Assembly (NCBI GenBank): GCA_030265395.1
Contig: JARFYF010000084.1
Location: forward strand, 81,041,874-81,105,873
From: Rhina ancylostomus
Taxonomy: Eukaryota
DNA: 64,000 nucleotides
Reading direction: 5' to 3'
The position numbers were made by a program, and so were the translations under genes. This document shows positions 11,801-26,800 of the stretch, one piece after another. Under the pieces are notes generated by a model. It was not told where the DNA came from and did not search any database. It saw only the letters and a list, made by a program, of their open reading frames with translations. Numbering within the stretch: position 1 is the stretch's first letter; the number at the start of each line of letters is the position of its first letter.

Positions 11801-14800
11801 CAGGTTGTAGCAGTGGATGTCATTCCAACTAATTGCTTTGTAAAAAATAGAAAGGGAATTAGAGGATCTTCCAGTTTTAGACTCCCATGGATGTTGAGGA
11901 ATACATGGGAGAGGATAAAGCAAAATAAGGGGAGCTTATGCCAAACACCAAGAATTCAACAATGGAGAAAGTTTGGATGGCTACAGAAAATGCAAGGATG
12001 AAATTTTAAAAAAATCGGAGAAAGAGGGTTGAGCTCCTAGTAATGGAACAGAATACACTTAAGACAATTAGATGCAATACAGCTAAATTACGCTATCTAT
12101 TTTGGCTGGTGTTCAACAAACGTTCAAGAGGAGAATGAAACAAGAGTTCTAATATTTTGTCACATTGTTGTGCAATTATTTTTAAAGTGTGTTATTTTTA
12201 ATTAAAAGATATTTTGAATGCCTCTCTTCCTGTGTATACTAGGCGCTGACAGTCTTTTCAGGTTATGAACCAGACTTTATCATCTACACCAATACCAGTA
12301 GTAAATGTGTCACAGGAGGATCCTATCAATACAGGCCCGCCTCACATAGATTCCATTTTTATTTAAAAACCTGTTTACTCACTGCCATGGAAGTGCTGCC
12401 TTGCTGCTATAGAATCCAAGAGAGAGGCTATAGGGTTAAAATATTTTTTTTTAACTATAGAGTAAACTTATGGGAATGATTAGGAAATGGTTCAACAAAT
12501 CTCAATGTTTCTGGGAGCACTACAAAGCTGCAGCAACAGCAACTCCCATTTATTCACTGTTTTTAGTGACCTCCCCCATAGTAAAACACAGGAGAGCCAA
12601 CAAACATAATCTGATACAACGCCAGAGAGGCATGCTTAAAGAAGTTCTTAAAAGGAGGCCCCTGAAAGAGACAGCAAGATGCAGCGAGAAAATTGTGATT
12701 ACAGCGCACTCTTCATTTTATATCCCATAAACCTTTTATCCCCTCCTTGAATCCCACGTTTTGCGTGGAGATGCATTCCTAAGGGATACCTTTCTCTTGA
12801 GAGTAATGTCCCAGGAGTGTGCAGTCTTCAGGCAAGGGAATTCTGATCATATTGTAGGCAGAAGAGAAAGGGTTGTTGTTTTAACCAACTGGAAATGGAT
12901 GTTAAATTGTTTGATGATGCATTGTTGTGCAAGTACAAATAGAATAGGCTGACTTGTCAGTTTCCAAAGCAAATCCCTTAAGTGGCCTCCCGCCATGAAT
13001 TGGCAGCCTGTAATCATTGCCTTTGGTAAAAGAGTTCAGTTCTCTATCTACATTTTGTGTTTATTTATTTTCTTCCTCCCCCAAATAAATTCCGTAAGGC
13101 CATATTTCTATAACCTGAATTGTTGTAGTGCAAGGGTAGTATAGCAGTCTAGGCAATTGAAGGCATGGATGCCCAGATGGAGCAATGCAAACCTGGGACC
13201 ATAAGAATGTGGAACTGAGGGACCACAAAGATCTTGAAGGGCTGTAGGAGGTTACAGAGATAGCAAGGAACAAATACATGAAGGGATCTGAACATAAGGT
13301 TGTAAACTGTTAAAACAAGGCTGGTGGTCACCGTAAGTCACAAGAACATTTAAGTGCTGGGACAGGCTGACAAGTTATTCCTTTCCTTGTCTTGTTGCCA
13401 ACTCCACCTTGCTAATTATTATCACCAAACACCAGCAGTAGCTTCAAAAATAAAACACAACTGTGTGTGTCAAAAACATTTAATAAGCAATTTAAAACTG
13501 CCTAATGCTCAAAAGAATCGAAAGTTGAGAAGTTCAAAAGCACTAAAGAGAATGATTACAGCGACCCACGTCTGAACACGTCCCAGACGGGTGCGTCTGA
13601 AACTAGAGAGTGGCTGATAAGAGAAAGGCTGCAGCAGGGAGAAAGACGTTGCAGGAAAGGAAGTTTACTTGCTGCAATGCTATAACTACAGGAAACAACC
13701 ATTGTGTGTTTCTTTATTGTTGCTGGTGGGAGATAGTCCTGGAGATGAGGCAATTTTGATTCAATTCTAGCTCCACAATTGTTTCGGTTACAAAGTGGCC
13801 CATGATTCCATACGACCGAAGGCACAAGCTACCTCTAGTCTGCAATGTAATTTTAATGGGTGGAGCAATACTGGAACACAAGCACAGGCACATGTTTTGC
13901 TAACTGATAACTACTCAGCAATCCGATAAAAATGGAAATATTTTTAAAAGGGAAACTGTCCTCAGGCAGATTCAGTTAATAAAAGCCATTCAACTTGAAC
14001 AAATGGATTAAGGGGAGATCTTAACTCTTGATAGTGGGTGGCCCTGGTAGGAGATTTCTAACATTCAGTGTCTGAATAAACAACTACCAAAACTCAGTGC
14101 CAAGCAGAGAGCTCCAGTTCGGTCACAGCTAGTCACTGAAAGCCTCCACATAACAATAGCTTCAGCCCTTGCTCTGTGCAATGTCAATGCCTCCATTTAC
14201 AAGAAGGAGCCAAATTATGACAATCCACTACTGACATTTGTTGCTCAAGCAGCTTTCGTGAAATAAGAGCCTTACTTCTGAATTTTTCATGACACCACAA
14301 CAGCAGGTTTCTTTTCCTGGGTGCTGGGTGTATTAAATGAAAACTTTAATAACCAGTCAACACTTAAGTGCCATATACACAAAGATAGACCACTCCAGTC
14401 TCTTCCCATATTGCTGCATCAAATCCTATCTTGCTTTTCCTTCATGAACCTCTTTGGCTTCCCTTTAAATGTCATTCTTAAATGTACCAATTGCACCATG
14501 TTGTGACTTTATCTGCATGCTGCACATGCAGGAATGAAGAAATTCACTCTGAGAGTGCATTAGAAAGAGATTAACCATAACATTTCTCGCAATACACAAC
14601 TGTCAATAACGATAGAACATGTCTGGAGAGCAGCAGTCAGCAAGAGAAAAGCAAGCTATTGGTCTGGTGAACAAATCACACTCAAAACTTTAACTGCACC
14701 TTCTCTCCCTGAAAATGGTTGAGCTGTATTCCAGTATTATCCAATTGGCCTTCAATGCGTTTTGTTTTAAAAAGAGATAGAGTGCACAAGCTTGTTCTCT

Positions 14801-17800
14801 GACTACTATATGGTACCGTGGGCTTCGAAGAAATATTTGCCATTGGAAAGTTGTTTTAGGTTAATATCTGCTGAAATGCAATATTCAATCCTTGTAACCA
14901 AACAAGGTGACATGTGCTGAAATACTAAATAGACATTTGGCCAAGACTTCTCTATCCTTGGAAATAGATAAAAAGGATTTACATTGACCCAAGGAGTTAT
15001 GTGGGTTCTCATTTCATGTTTGACCGAAAAGCCAAGACAAATCACCAAATGAGCCTTTATTGACACCAATGATGATTTCTCCTCTTTGCTGAGATTACAG
15101 GGGCTGTGCATCAACAGGACAATATATGATCTGTTATAAACGTCAGCTCTTTGAAGTTTTAATGCTACTCACCGCCAACAGCTGTACATCGCGATACCAT
15201 CTCCCACAGCACAAGTGCCAGTGAATACACATCTGCCTGCTTAAATGCCTCAATGTCCTCCAAATTAATTCGTGACTCGAGCACTTCAGGTGCCATATAT
15301 CTGGCTGTTCCAACCTACAAGTACATAAAAAGGGTCAAACATGTCATGTTCATCGTTGCAATGTTGTAAAAATTGACAAGTAGAAAAATCAACCCACCAA
15401 TAACTAATACACGATTCAAATTACCTCAGACTCAGGTTAAGTTTTTAAAAAGAACAAGGGTTTATCTATAACTTTGGCCAAATTCCTTCCTCACTTCTAA
15501 GCATCAAATCTATAAGGAATCTGGCAGCCCGATCAACTGCTATTGAGAGAGTTGTGAAAAACCAGCTACTAGTTAATTGCACAGAGGCATTCCATTATGA
15601 CTTTCTCAGTTTTCATTCCTGTGGTATGGGTGTGGGTCCATGGGCAGAAAGGCATTCAATGCTGAGATGTCCAAGAAAGACAGCTCATCATTCCCTGGGT
15701 GGCAACATGTATCCATATTACATTCCCTTGTAAAACAAAATGTCACTGCTCCCACTGACAATTTCAAAATCAAGGCAAATTCTACCGATTAATGGCTGCT
15801 CTTTATTTGATTACAATGACTTCCAGGAGACCAAAGAAAGATTTCAATTTGGACTGTGACATCAAGTTTGCTTCCCGATTTACCTCAGGGAAAGCAGCAA
15901 ACATAATCAAAGGCCCCTCCCACCCTGGTCGTTCTCTCTTCTTCCCTCTTCCATCGGGCAAAAGGTACAAAAGCTCAAGAACACATACCACTAGATTCAA
16001 GGACAGCTTCTATCCCGCTGCTGAGACTCTTAAACGGACCTCTTGCACGATAAAGGTGAACTCCTGATCTCAAACTATCTCGTCATGGCCCTTGCATCTT
16101 ATTTGACTACCTGCACTCTCTCTGTAACTGTAACAATATATTCTGCATACTGTTATTGTTTTTACTTCTGTACTACCTCAATGTTGCTAATGGACTGCTT
16201 CACACACTTTTACAGGCACAGTCCAATTCCTAGAAAGATATGTTTTAACAGCGAGGGCATCAAACAGTTCTTTAAATGAATTTAGTTCCCAATTTAGTTC
16301 TTTGCCCAAAAAGTTTCGATTGATACAAAACCCAATCATGAATTACTATTATTTTGTAAAGGAATATCTTTGCAAGGCAAGGCATACCCCCACCTACACA
16401 ACATCTCGACTTCTGGCTTGTGCAATCAGTTTTATGTTTCACAAGCTCACATGCAAACACCACAACCCCGCCCACATTAATAGCCACTTTACAACAGTCT
16501 CCTGCCTTTTAGTCTGAAGCACAGCCATGAAAGTACCACAAAAGCTCTCCCAGATTTGATATCCCTTGGCATTCCCAATGGAAGTTTTAGCCTCCATTAA
16601 TGCAAAACCTAATTTAAAGTTTACCATAAGTGAGCTTACACTGCACCATTTTGGTGACATTGTTGACACAAGCTGTTAATCCTAGTTGAATTGTGGTATC
16701 ATTTCACACAGCAGAATACAACCACAATTAAATGTGGTTGCACAACACAATGGCAGGCTCATCATTACTGTCTACGTCTAAGGCTGTGAAGAGCAGTGGG
16801 ATAAACTAGTGCCCAGTTCTTTGAACTAAGACATCTAGTGCTGCTGGAAGGTCATCAACTCAGTCTTCCAGTCGACAAATGTCTTGGTCCACAATTTCTT
16901 GGTCTTCCAGCACAGTGCAATGTCTCTAAGGGAATGCTGCCAACTGGCACATTCCAGGTTGCAGGAGTACATGCTGGGGGATGGATGCAGTGATGCTCGG
17001 TGCAGCCAATGTAAAGGCTCTGTGGGGAAGGACCACAGTCAAGGCTCTTTCTGCTCCCACACATGGAGGGGCTGAGTTGGATGGGACAACCTCACAAACA
17101 CTGAAATGGTGCATCACCCCAGAGGGCCATATAAGTGCTATGGTTTAAAAGCAAGTCAGCACTACTGAATGTATTGACCATGAATGTAGAAGTTTTGCAC
17201 TCTCTTCTGTATATATTTATGAATAAAGTTTAATTTTGAAATAAAAAGTAGTTCTTTGAACTAATACCAGAATCTGCTTCTTGGGAGAGACTGAAAATCA
17301 GGACCATGTCTGTTCTCTGAGCTAGAAACAACCTGCAATGGTTTCAGGAAGAATGGGGAGTTTTCACTGGTGCTCTGGTTAACATTTATCTTTTGAACAA
17401 TATCACTTATATCTTCTGAACAATTTTGTGTAAATTGGCTATTATGTATATGTCAACACTATGACTATACTTTCACCTTAATTGGTTTACAGTACATTGG
17501 GGGCATTTCTGGGTTGTGAATGGTGCTTAATGAATGCAGGGAGGCTTCCTTATAAAAACACAACCACCAAAAATGGACTGCTGCAAGGATCCTGAATGCT
17601 TAAGAACAACATTCAGCAAGTAAATGCACACATACATGCAAGCACAGAACTCCTGGCTCAGACCAGAATGCAGTGAATCAGAGTTCCAGCCTTTCTCCCG
17701 ATGGACACTGACAAGGAGTTACAGCAGGAATCTTCTTGGAGAGACAAATAAATCTGGCCCTAATATAGAAAAACATGTGTACAATACATGCTTCCTGTGA

Positions 17801-20800
17801 GAGCCATGGTACCCCCAGCAGTGTTGCCCAGAATGATTCAGATGGTGCTATCGCTGAAATGCAACAGGAAGCAAGCATTGCAGGGGAACAATGCTCAGCT
17901 CAGAGCCATTTCACATGTGCAACCTGCTATCATTATCCTGTCAATGGTTTTCAAACTGAGGTATTGTTAGCAGTGTTACAGGAGACAGACCAGCACAGGT
18001 TAGCAAACCACAGAAGAGTATAGATGCAAATGTAAATTTAATTAAATCATTGAAAAGTAAAAACAGTAGAAGACCAGGGCTTAACGCTTGGGTATTTCTG
18101 CTTTAGTTGAGAATAGCCCACACAAAAAGAGTAACACCTCCAAAGGCCTACATGGAAAATAGGTGTCTCCCACCTCACCGCCCAAACTCGATAAAGTTTC
18201 AAGCTGAAGGTAAATGTCAACCAGGCAGGTTTCTCACTTTCAAATTATTTTTTTTAAATGTTGCATATAGATTTCAAAGTGTTCATGTAGACTATTGACC
18301 AGTTTGTCTGTGAGGTGTGTTGGTTAGTGAGTGGCGAGGGTGACTCAGCACATAGATACATTTCAACATTACTTTCAATGTGCACGTTTTCATTACCGAT
18401 TTCAATTCTGTTGTGCTTTAAGGAGACAGGATGTTAATCTCTTGACTGATGTTTTTTAAATAACCTGCTTGCCTTGAGGGGGTGATCTGCTTTGCCCAAA
18501 ATGCATGATCCATTTATCTTTTAGCATCTGCCTGCTCAATATACCATACTTTTCAGATCATAAGGAGGCTTGCAACACTGAAGTCCTGATCAGAGGGTTT
18601 GGCTGCAGGACACTATGATCCCTCAATGCCTACAGGAAAATCATGGAACACTGCACTCCTAGGTACTGTCATCAGCTTGGGTGGGTGAACACCTCTGGGT
18701 TAAGGAATCATGGTGAAGNNNNNNNNNNNNNNNNNNNNNNNNNNNNNNNNNNNNNNNNNNNNNNNNNNNNNNNNNNNNNNNNNNNNNNNNNNNNNNNNNN
18801 NNNNNNNNNNNNNNNNNNNNNNNNNNNNNNNNNNNNNNNNNNNNNNNNNNNNNNNNNNNNNNNNNNNNNNNNNNNNNNNNNNNNNNNNNNNNNNNNNNNN
18901 NNNNNNNNNNNNNNNNNNNNNNNNNNNNNNNNNNNNNNNNNNNNNNNNNNNNNNNNNNNNNNNNNNNNNNNNNNNNNNNNNNNNNNNNNNNNNNNNNNNN
19001 NNNNNNNNNNNNNNNNNNNNNNNNNNNNNNNNNNNNNNNNNNNNNNNNNNNNNNNNNNNNNNNNNNNNNNNNNNNNNNNNNNNNNNNNNNNNNNNNNNNN
19101 NNNNNNNNNNNNNNNNNNNNNNNNNNNNNNNNNNNNNNNNNNNNNNNNNNNNNNNNNNNNNNNNNNNNNNNNNNNNNNNNNNNNNNNNNNNNNNNNNNNN
19201 NNNNNNNNNNNNNNNNNNNNNNNNNNNNNNNNNNNNNNNNNNNNNNNNNNNNNNNNNNNNNNNNNNNNNNNNNNNNNNNNNNNNNNNNNNNNNNNNNNNN
19301 NNNNNNNNNNNNNNNNNNNNNNNNNNNNNNNNNNNNNNNNNNNNNNNNNNNNNNNNNNNNNNNNNNNNNNNNNNNNNNNNNNNNNNNNNNNNNNNNNNNN
19401 NNNNNNNNNNNNNNNNNNNNNNNNNNNNNNNNNNNNNNNNNNNNNNNNCCACAGAGTCCTACCCTAATCCCATTTTATCCATCAACATTCCCATCAGATT
19501 CCATTGCTCACCTACACACTAGAGGCAATTTACAGTGACCAATTAACCTACCAACCTGCACATTTTTAGGACGTGGAGGAAACCAGGGCACTAGAGAAAA
19601 CTCATAGGTCACAGGAAGAACGTGTAAACTCCACATGGATGGCACCAGAGATCAGGATTGAATCTGGGTCGCTGGAGCTGAGGTAGCAGTTCTACTAACT
19701 GCACCGCTGTGTTGCCCAATGGTGAATGGCAGAGGAATTAAACAAATACATGTCCCTACAAGTTCATACTCATGTTATTAACAAGTTCATGGCAGATACA
19801 AAAAAAAACTTTCCAGAAATACTGGAAATGGGTCCAATGCAAACAAGGATCTTCTGCTTATCTTCCAAAATTCCATAAATTCTGGAATGGTTCCTTTAGA
19901 TTGAAAGGCAGCAAAATGTTAGAGGGAGAGAGAAAACAGGATACTACCAGCCTGACATCAGTATCCAGGAAAATGTTGGAATCTACAGTGAAAGGATGTG
20001 GTATCAAAAAACTAACAAAAATATGATTAGCAGAGCATGGGTTCATGAAAGGGAAATCATGTTTGATTGATCTATTGGAGCTCTTTGAGGATGTGACTAG
20101 TAGAATAGATAACGGGCAAGAGAGGATTTGGTGTACTTAGCCTTTCAGAAAACTTTCGATAAAGTATCACACAGAAAGTTGGCAAACAAAAGTTACAGAA
20201 CATGGACTTGGAGGTAACACATGACCATGATTTGAGAGTTGGTTCACTAAGAGGAGGTACAATCAAATGTGTCGCAGGTTGGTAGGCTGTGTCTATTGGG
20301 GCACTGCAGGGATTGATACTCAGGCCCCAAGCTGTTCACAGTCTGTATCAATGATTTGTAATGTTTCTAAGTTTACTGACAACATGAAACCAAGTGGGAA
20401 TAAGAAGATGCAAAAAAACTCAAGGGGATACAGGCAAGCTGAGTAAATGGACACAATGCAGCTGATGGAGTACAATGTGAGGGAATTTGAGGTTATCTAC
20501 TTTAGTAAAAATAAATCAGACATGCCAAGTGTTTTTTTTAAATGGCAAGAGATTGGGAAATGTTGATATTCAAGAGGACCCGGTCGTCCTGGTACACAAG
20601 TCACTGAAAGCTAAATGCAGGTGCAGCAGGCAGTCAGGAATGCAAAGTGTTTTATTGTTGGAGGATTTGAATACTAGAGTAAAGATGTTTTACTAGGATT
20701 ATGTTGGGTCTTTAGGAAACTACACCTGGAGCATTATGGACAATTTTGGTCTCCTTACTCAAGAAAGGATGTCCTTGCTGTAAAGGGAGTGTAATGAAGA

Positions 20801-23800
20801 ATCTCTACACTGGTTCCTGGGGTGGATTGGGTAGAATAGGTCTGTATTCTTGAGCATTTAGAAGAATGAGCATCGCTCAGTGCAACAAAACACTTCAAGG
20901 ACTCAGGGTAGATGCAGAGAGACTTTTTCCCCGTAGTTAAGGAGTAGATTTCAAAAGGGGACCGAGAGGAGGAAAAATTTCTGCAGACGATGACAAATCA
21001 TTAGGAATCTCTACTACAGAGGGCTGGAGGTTGTGGACACCAGAGGAATCAAAGGATATGAGAACAGGGCAAGAAAATGGTGTCGAGGTATATCAGCCAT
21101 AACCTTGTTGAATCCCAGAGCAGGCTGAAATAGCCTACTTCTGCTCCTATTTCTTATGTTCTGGACTGGTTTACTTATTAACATTTTGATTCTGCATTGA
21201 AAGCAGGAGCAGATTCATAGAACAGCACAACAGAGTAACAGGCCCTTCGGCCCATGATATCTGTGCTGACATCATTCCTCCAGATGATCACCTACCAGAT
21301 TTTCACTGAAGATACAAGTGCAGCTGTAATACACTTAAGGTATTATAGCACCTTGGCTGATATTACTATCAAGCTCTCATGTATAGTTACTGGGCAGAGG
21401 AACAGGAGGGCACTTGCGATCAGTAACCTAGCCCAACTGCACCCCAACAAATTATCCATTATCTGTTTTCCACCAAGGGATCAACCTACAACAATACAAG
21501 CTAGGACCAGTAGCTTGACAGGTCAAATTAGATCTAAAATCAAATTAGATACATTTANNNNNNNNNNNNNNNNNNNNNNNNNNNNNNNNNNNNNNNNNNN
21601 NNNNNNNNNNNNNNNNNNNNNNNNNNNNNNNNNNNNNNNNNNNNNNNNNNNNNNNNNATTAGATACATTTAACAGCCAAAGCATGCATGAACACTTATCT
21701 GACAACAATCATAATATGATTGAGTACAATGTAGCGTCTGAGAGTATGACAAAGCAGCCACTAATACAGCAGAATTTGTAAAGACCAACTTCTCTGCAAT
21801 AAGATGAAGTCTGTTCATGGTAAAGTAGGCAAACCTACTTATGAATAACAGCACCTTTGAGCAGTGGGAGATGTTCCAAACACCCAAGGAAAACTCGCAA
21901 GCAGCCACAGACAACTAAAAAGGTGAGGGATAACATGAAACTAGAAGGAAACACATTCGTAAAAGGCATCAGCTCAGATCCGCAATGTACAACAATGGTT
22001 GCCTGTTACTTTTAATTCTCCATCCCACTCTGACCTTTTTGTCATTGGTCTCTTGTACTGTTCCAAAGAAGCCTAAAATAATCTTGAGGAACAGCACTTA
22101 GCTTCTGACTGGACACCTTATCACTGTCAGGATTCAACACTCAATTCAACAATTTCAGGCAACGAAGGATCATCAATCTGTACTGAGAAATCTATTTTTC
22201 TCTCTTCACAGATGTCTCTTGACTTGCTATGGCATTTCCAGCGTGTGGTGTCAGATGTCCACCAGGTGCAGTGTTCTGTACCTCACTGTTGCAGCATTGT
22301 TTTTCTTCTTTCCTCAACCATCTCTAGACCAATCAGCTGTGATTAACAATTTTTCACCACCCTATTTCTAACCTATCCTAGTTCCTAGGTCATCAGTTTG
22401 AAAGTAGCAGCATTCCATGAAAACCAATACTGAATGAGAGAAAGGGATTCAGATCACACCCCACACAAGGTTCTACAGGAAGCAGATGATCCAAATATAA
22501 TTTTCCAAAGTTCTCTATATTCAGGACAAATTAGACTGGAAAATTGTACATGCCACTCCACAATTTAAGAAAGATGATAGAAGGAAACAAGGGAATTGTG
22601 GACCAGTTGGCCCAACATCTGTTATTAGGAAATTACAAGGAGTTTATAACTAAAGATAGAGCAACTGAATACCATGAATAGCGGAAGTCAGCATGGATTT
22701 ATAAAGGGTAGGTTATGTCCGACAGACTTGAGAATTAATTCTTTTAAGCGAGTAAAGCAGTGGACAAGGGCGTACCTATGGTTGGTATTCACACACGTTT
22801 GTAGAAGGTATTGAAATTCCTCATGAAGACTCCTAGTTGACTTGAAGCTCCTTTTTGAACACAATTGACTCTGTCTCCACCACTACTGTTGGAAGTGCAC
22901 TAATCGCTTACTGTATAAAAAGCTTTTCATCCTGTCAAATTAGTCTCTTTTGCCCATCACCCTCATGTACCCTAGTTCTTGACTGCCCAGCCAATGGGAA
23001 CAATTTCTCTCTAATCTCACTACATTCTTCATGATTTTTAAATCAGACCACCTCGCAAATTCTTCTGTTTCAAGCAGAACATTCGCAACTTCTCTGGTTT
23101 ATCCATGTAATTAAAGACTCTNNNNNNNNNNNNNNNNNNNNNNNNNNNNNNNNNNNNNNNNNNNNNNNNNNNNNNNNNNNNNNNNNNNNNNNNNNNNNNN
23201 NNNNNNNNNNNNNNNNNNNNNNNNNNNNNNNNNNNNNNNNNNNNNNNNNNNNNNNNNNNNNNNNNNNNNNNNNNNNNNNNNNNNNNNNNNNNNNNNNNNN
23301 NNNNNNNNNNNNNNNNNNNNNNNNNNNNNNNNNNNNNNNNNNNNNNNNNNNNNNNNNNNNNNNNNNNNNNNNNNNNNNNNNNNNNNNNNNNNNNNNNNTA
23401 CCCCTCCTCATTCTCCCTGCCAAAATTTAACATTACACACCTCAGTATTACATTTCATCTGCCACCAATCCACCAGTTTACCAGCCTCACTGTATCCCAT
23501 CATAGTCTACTAACATTTTCTTCAAAGTTCACTACACCTTCAAGTTTTGTGTCATCTGCAATTATGGAAATTGTGCTCGACATACATATGAAAGACATTG
23601 ACTTCTGTATTAGGAGAAACAGTCCCCCTGGGGACTGGGGAACTTCACTGTACACTTCCTTCCAGTCTGATAAACAATCCTTCACTACTACCTACTATTA
23701 ACTGGCTAGGTTTTGCTTCATGCTACTACAATTTATTTTAATCCTGGGCTTCAGTGATAACGATAAGATGATGCACCCAAAACATTTGTTTATAAAAATC

Positions 23801-26800
23801 CACATATACAACATCAGTTGCATTTCCCTTTTTGACCCTCTATTTTTCATCAAAAAAAACTTTATCCAGTTAGGTACAATCAGCTTTGAACAATTCTGTG
23901 CTGGCTTTTCATCAATCTGCAGGTGACTGCTAATTCGGCCCCTAACTGGGGTTTGTAAAACTTTGATTCTGGACTTTATAAATAGAGGCAGAGGCAAAGA
24001 GTATAAGAGTGAAAAGACCCAATGAACGTTTATAAAATCCAGGTTCAGCCGCAAAATGGTTAAATTGACTGGAATGTGGTTGCTGTGATTACCCTAATCC
24101 CTTTTATGAATAATATTTATAATTCTGCAGTCCTCAGGCATCACCTCAGTACCTAAAGGAGATCTGGAAGATTATGGCCATTATTAAAACTAAATATATC
24201 AAAAAGAACAGAAAATAATTCGAAGGTAAATGGAATACTGGCCTTTGTACTGGGAAGATTATAGAACTTTAGTATGTATAGTATCTATATGAAGCCCTGG
24301 TTAGCCCACACTAAAAGCACTGTGAACAGATCTGGACATCACATTTTAAGATCTGCATTATCTTCACATCTGATACCACAGATGGGGATTATCTTCACAT
24401 TTGTCCATGCAATTCCTCCTCTTAACCTAACTGTTAAGTTCAAACAAGGGATTTTGTGGATAAATATGAAGACAATCCCGAGAATTCAGAAAATTATGAG
24501 GTAATTTGATTGAGGTTTTGGATTTGGAACTGGAACTGGAAGGGTAAATAGAGAGAAACTATTTTTACTGGATTGGAAGGTTAGGAGAAGGTGTAAAAAT
24601 TAAAGCAAGGCACTTCAAAACTGAAGTGAAGAAACACTTCAACATGCAAAGGGTGGCAGAAATACAGAACACTTTTGCTCACTGAGGCCCAGTTAGTTTT
24701 AACTCTTGGTTTAATTTATTTTTGATAACAAAAGAACAAGGGGGATAAAAATTGGGTATGTGGAGTTAGGTCACAGATTAGAGATATTGTCAGTGAATGA
24801 TGGAACAGACCTGACTAGCTAGTGGACTGCTCAAGTTCTGGTATGATCTGAAAGGATCCATTCCCCACAAATCAGTTCTTGATTCGTGACTCAACAAGAA
24901 CCTTAAGTCTTCGACTGCACTCACTATCTATACTCGGGCAAGATGAACAACATTCCACACCCTACCTGTACCCCAGTAATTGATCCACAGTTTGTACCAC
25001 AGTAAAGAATTGACATGGGACTGTGGTCCAGAATCTGTATTTCTTATACCAGCAACGTGTCAAGTTTATTGTCATATGCACAAGTATGGCAAGGTACCAC
25101 TACAATGAAAAATTTTCTTGCAGTAGCATCACAGACACGTAGGTACAGGCGACACACAGAATATAAATTATTGCAATGGAGATACAAAAACAGTGCGCAA
25201 AAATCAAGACTTTAGTGCAAAAAAAATGACAAGTCCATGGTAGTGCAAGAGGTGGTCTCTAGTGTTCCAACGTTGAGGTAGGTTTAGGGTTGCGCAGGTC
25301 AGTTCAAGAACCAGACTGTGTAAGAAAGCAGCTGTTCCTGAACCTGGAGATGTGGGACTTCAGGCTTCTGCACCTCCTGCCTGATGGTAGCAGTGTGAAG
25401 AGGGCCCTTTAGGTGCTTGATTACAATCACCGAGATTCTAGCTTACAGAGTTTTAGCTTATTTCAGGCAGGTGCTGTGGCAAAGGGGAGCGGGGGAAGCC
25501 AGGTCTTTGGGATCAGTGGCGTAATCTTCTCTGATGGTCAAATCTGTTTCTGCATATAGTTAACGATACAGATCATACCAAACAATACCCTGGGATTTCC
25601 ACAATCCACACATTGCAGCAAAAGGTGGCTTCTAAGACCTACAGAGGGAGAAGGGGATGGAGGTGGGTGCATGGTCTGCGGGATAGGTTCATTTAGAAGA
25701 TTAGCATACTTGAAAGTCAATGACTCATTACTAAAAGGTATTAGCTACAATCCATGGAATGAATTGTTTTTTTTAAAAACCAGATTTGGTCTGACACTAG
25801 CTGCTAAATGCAACATAAATGACATTCAGGGCAGTGAGGCTAAAGCCCAGGTTCGTATGCTTTGTTTTGTAATGGCAAGCTGTGTTTTGCTGAGGAAAGC
25901 ACCAGCTATTTAAAAAAAAGGGAATAGGCAGCTATGAGAGAACTAATATCATTCATGTCTGTGGTTTACGAGAAGATCTAGATTGTCAGTACTGTTAAAG
26001 ACTTGGCTTCACCAAATCAGCAGAGGTAGTAAAAAACTACCATAAACCTCAAACAAACCTACCTCAACATTGGAACATTAGAGACCACCTCTTGCACTAC
26101 CATAAACTTGTCATTTTTTTTCCCCCGCACTGAAGTCTTGTTTTTGCGCACACAGTCTTTTTTTTCCCCTCTCTCCATCTTCTTGTATAATTTATGTGGT
26201 AGATTGTGGGTTCAGGTCCTGCTCCAGACATTTGGTGGGGTGGTCCCAGCCAATACCTCAGGGCAGAAACAGGGAAATGTCACACCACTTAAACTGGGTA
26301 CCTGCCTATCACTTCACGTGGAGGTTAAAGGCCAATGGTTTTCTTTCAGAGTGGAGACTGGAAGTTGGCAGACCCCCCACCCCCTGCCACATTCTCTCTC
26401 AAACAACTGAGGCAGCTTCTAAGGTCAGAGTTGGATTGTTTTTGTTGAGGCTTGCTTTAGGTCAAAAGGTTGCAGCAATTCCTGCATTACAAAAGATGAG
26501 AATACTTCAAAACATTTGACTAAGCTTCGGATGTGCCAAGATGTAAAGGATGCTCTATAAGGGCAGGCCTGAGGCAGAAGGAGTTTGGCTGGGTAAAGAG
26601 CAGCAAGGGAATTATGGAGCCAAGGCGTGAAAATAGAGTTCAGGTGGTAAGTTAGTCAGCTTCTACCCCACTACCATCAGGTCCTCAATCTGACCCGAAA
26701 AACCCTAACAATACCTCGGACTATATTTCTTTTCCTCTCTTTCAATCTTGTATTAGCGTCGTTATTAGATTTTTAAAATTTAAAAAAAATATTTACAGCA

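Noticed and set aside
18643-19522. Long ORFs at 18643-19522, 23038-23433, 52772-53397 and 57070-57935
   Set aside because: They are open only because they run through N gaps.
21544-21671. Direct repeat ATTAGATACATTTA on both sides of a gap (likewise GGAGCACTGGGG around 8490-8589)
   Set aside because: Typical unmerged contig overlap, not a TSD.
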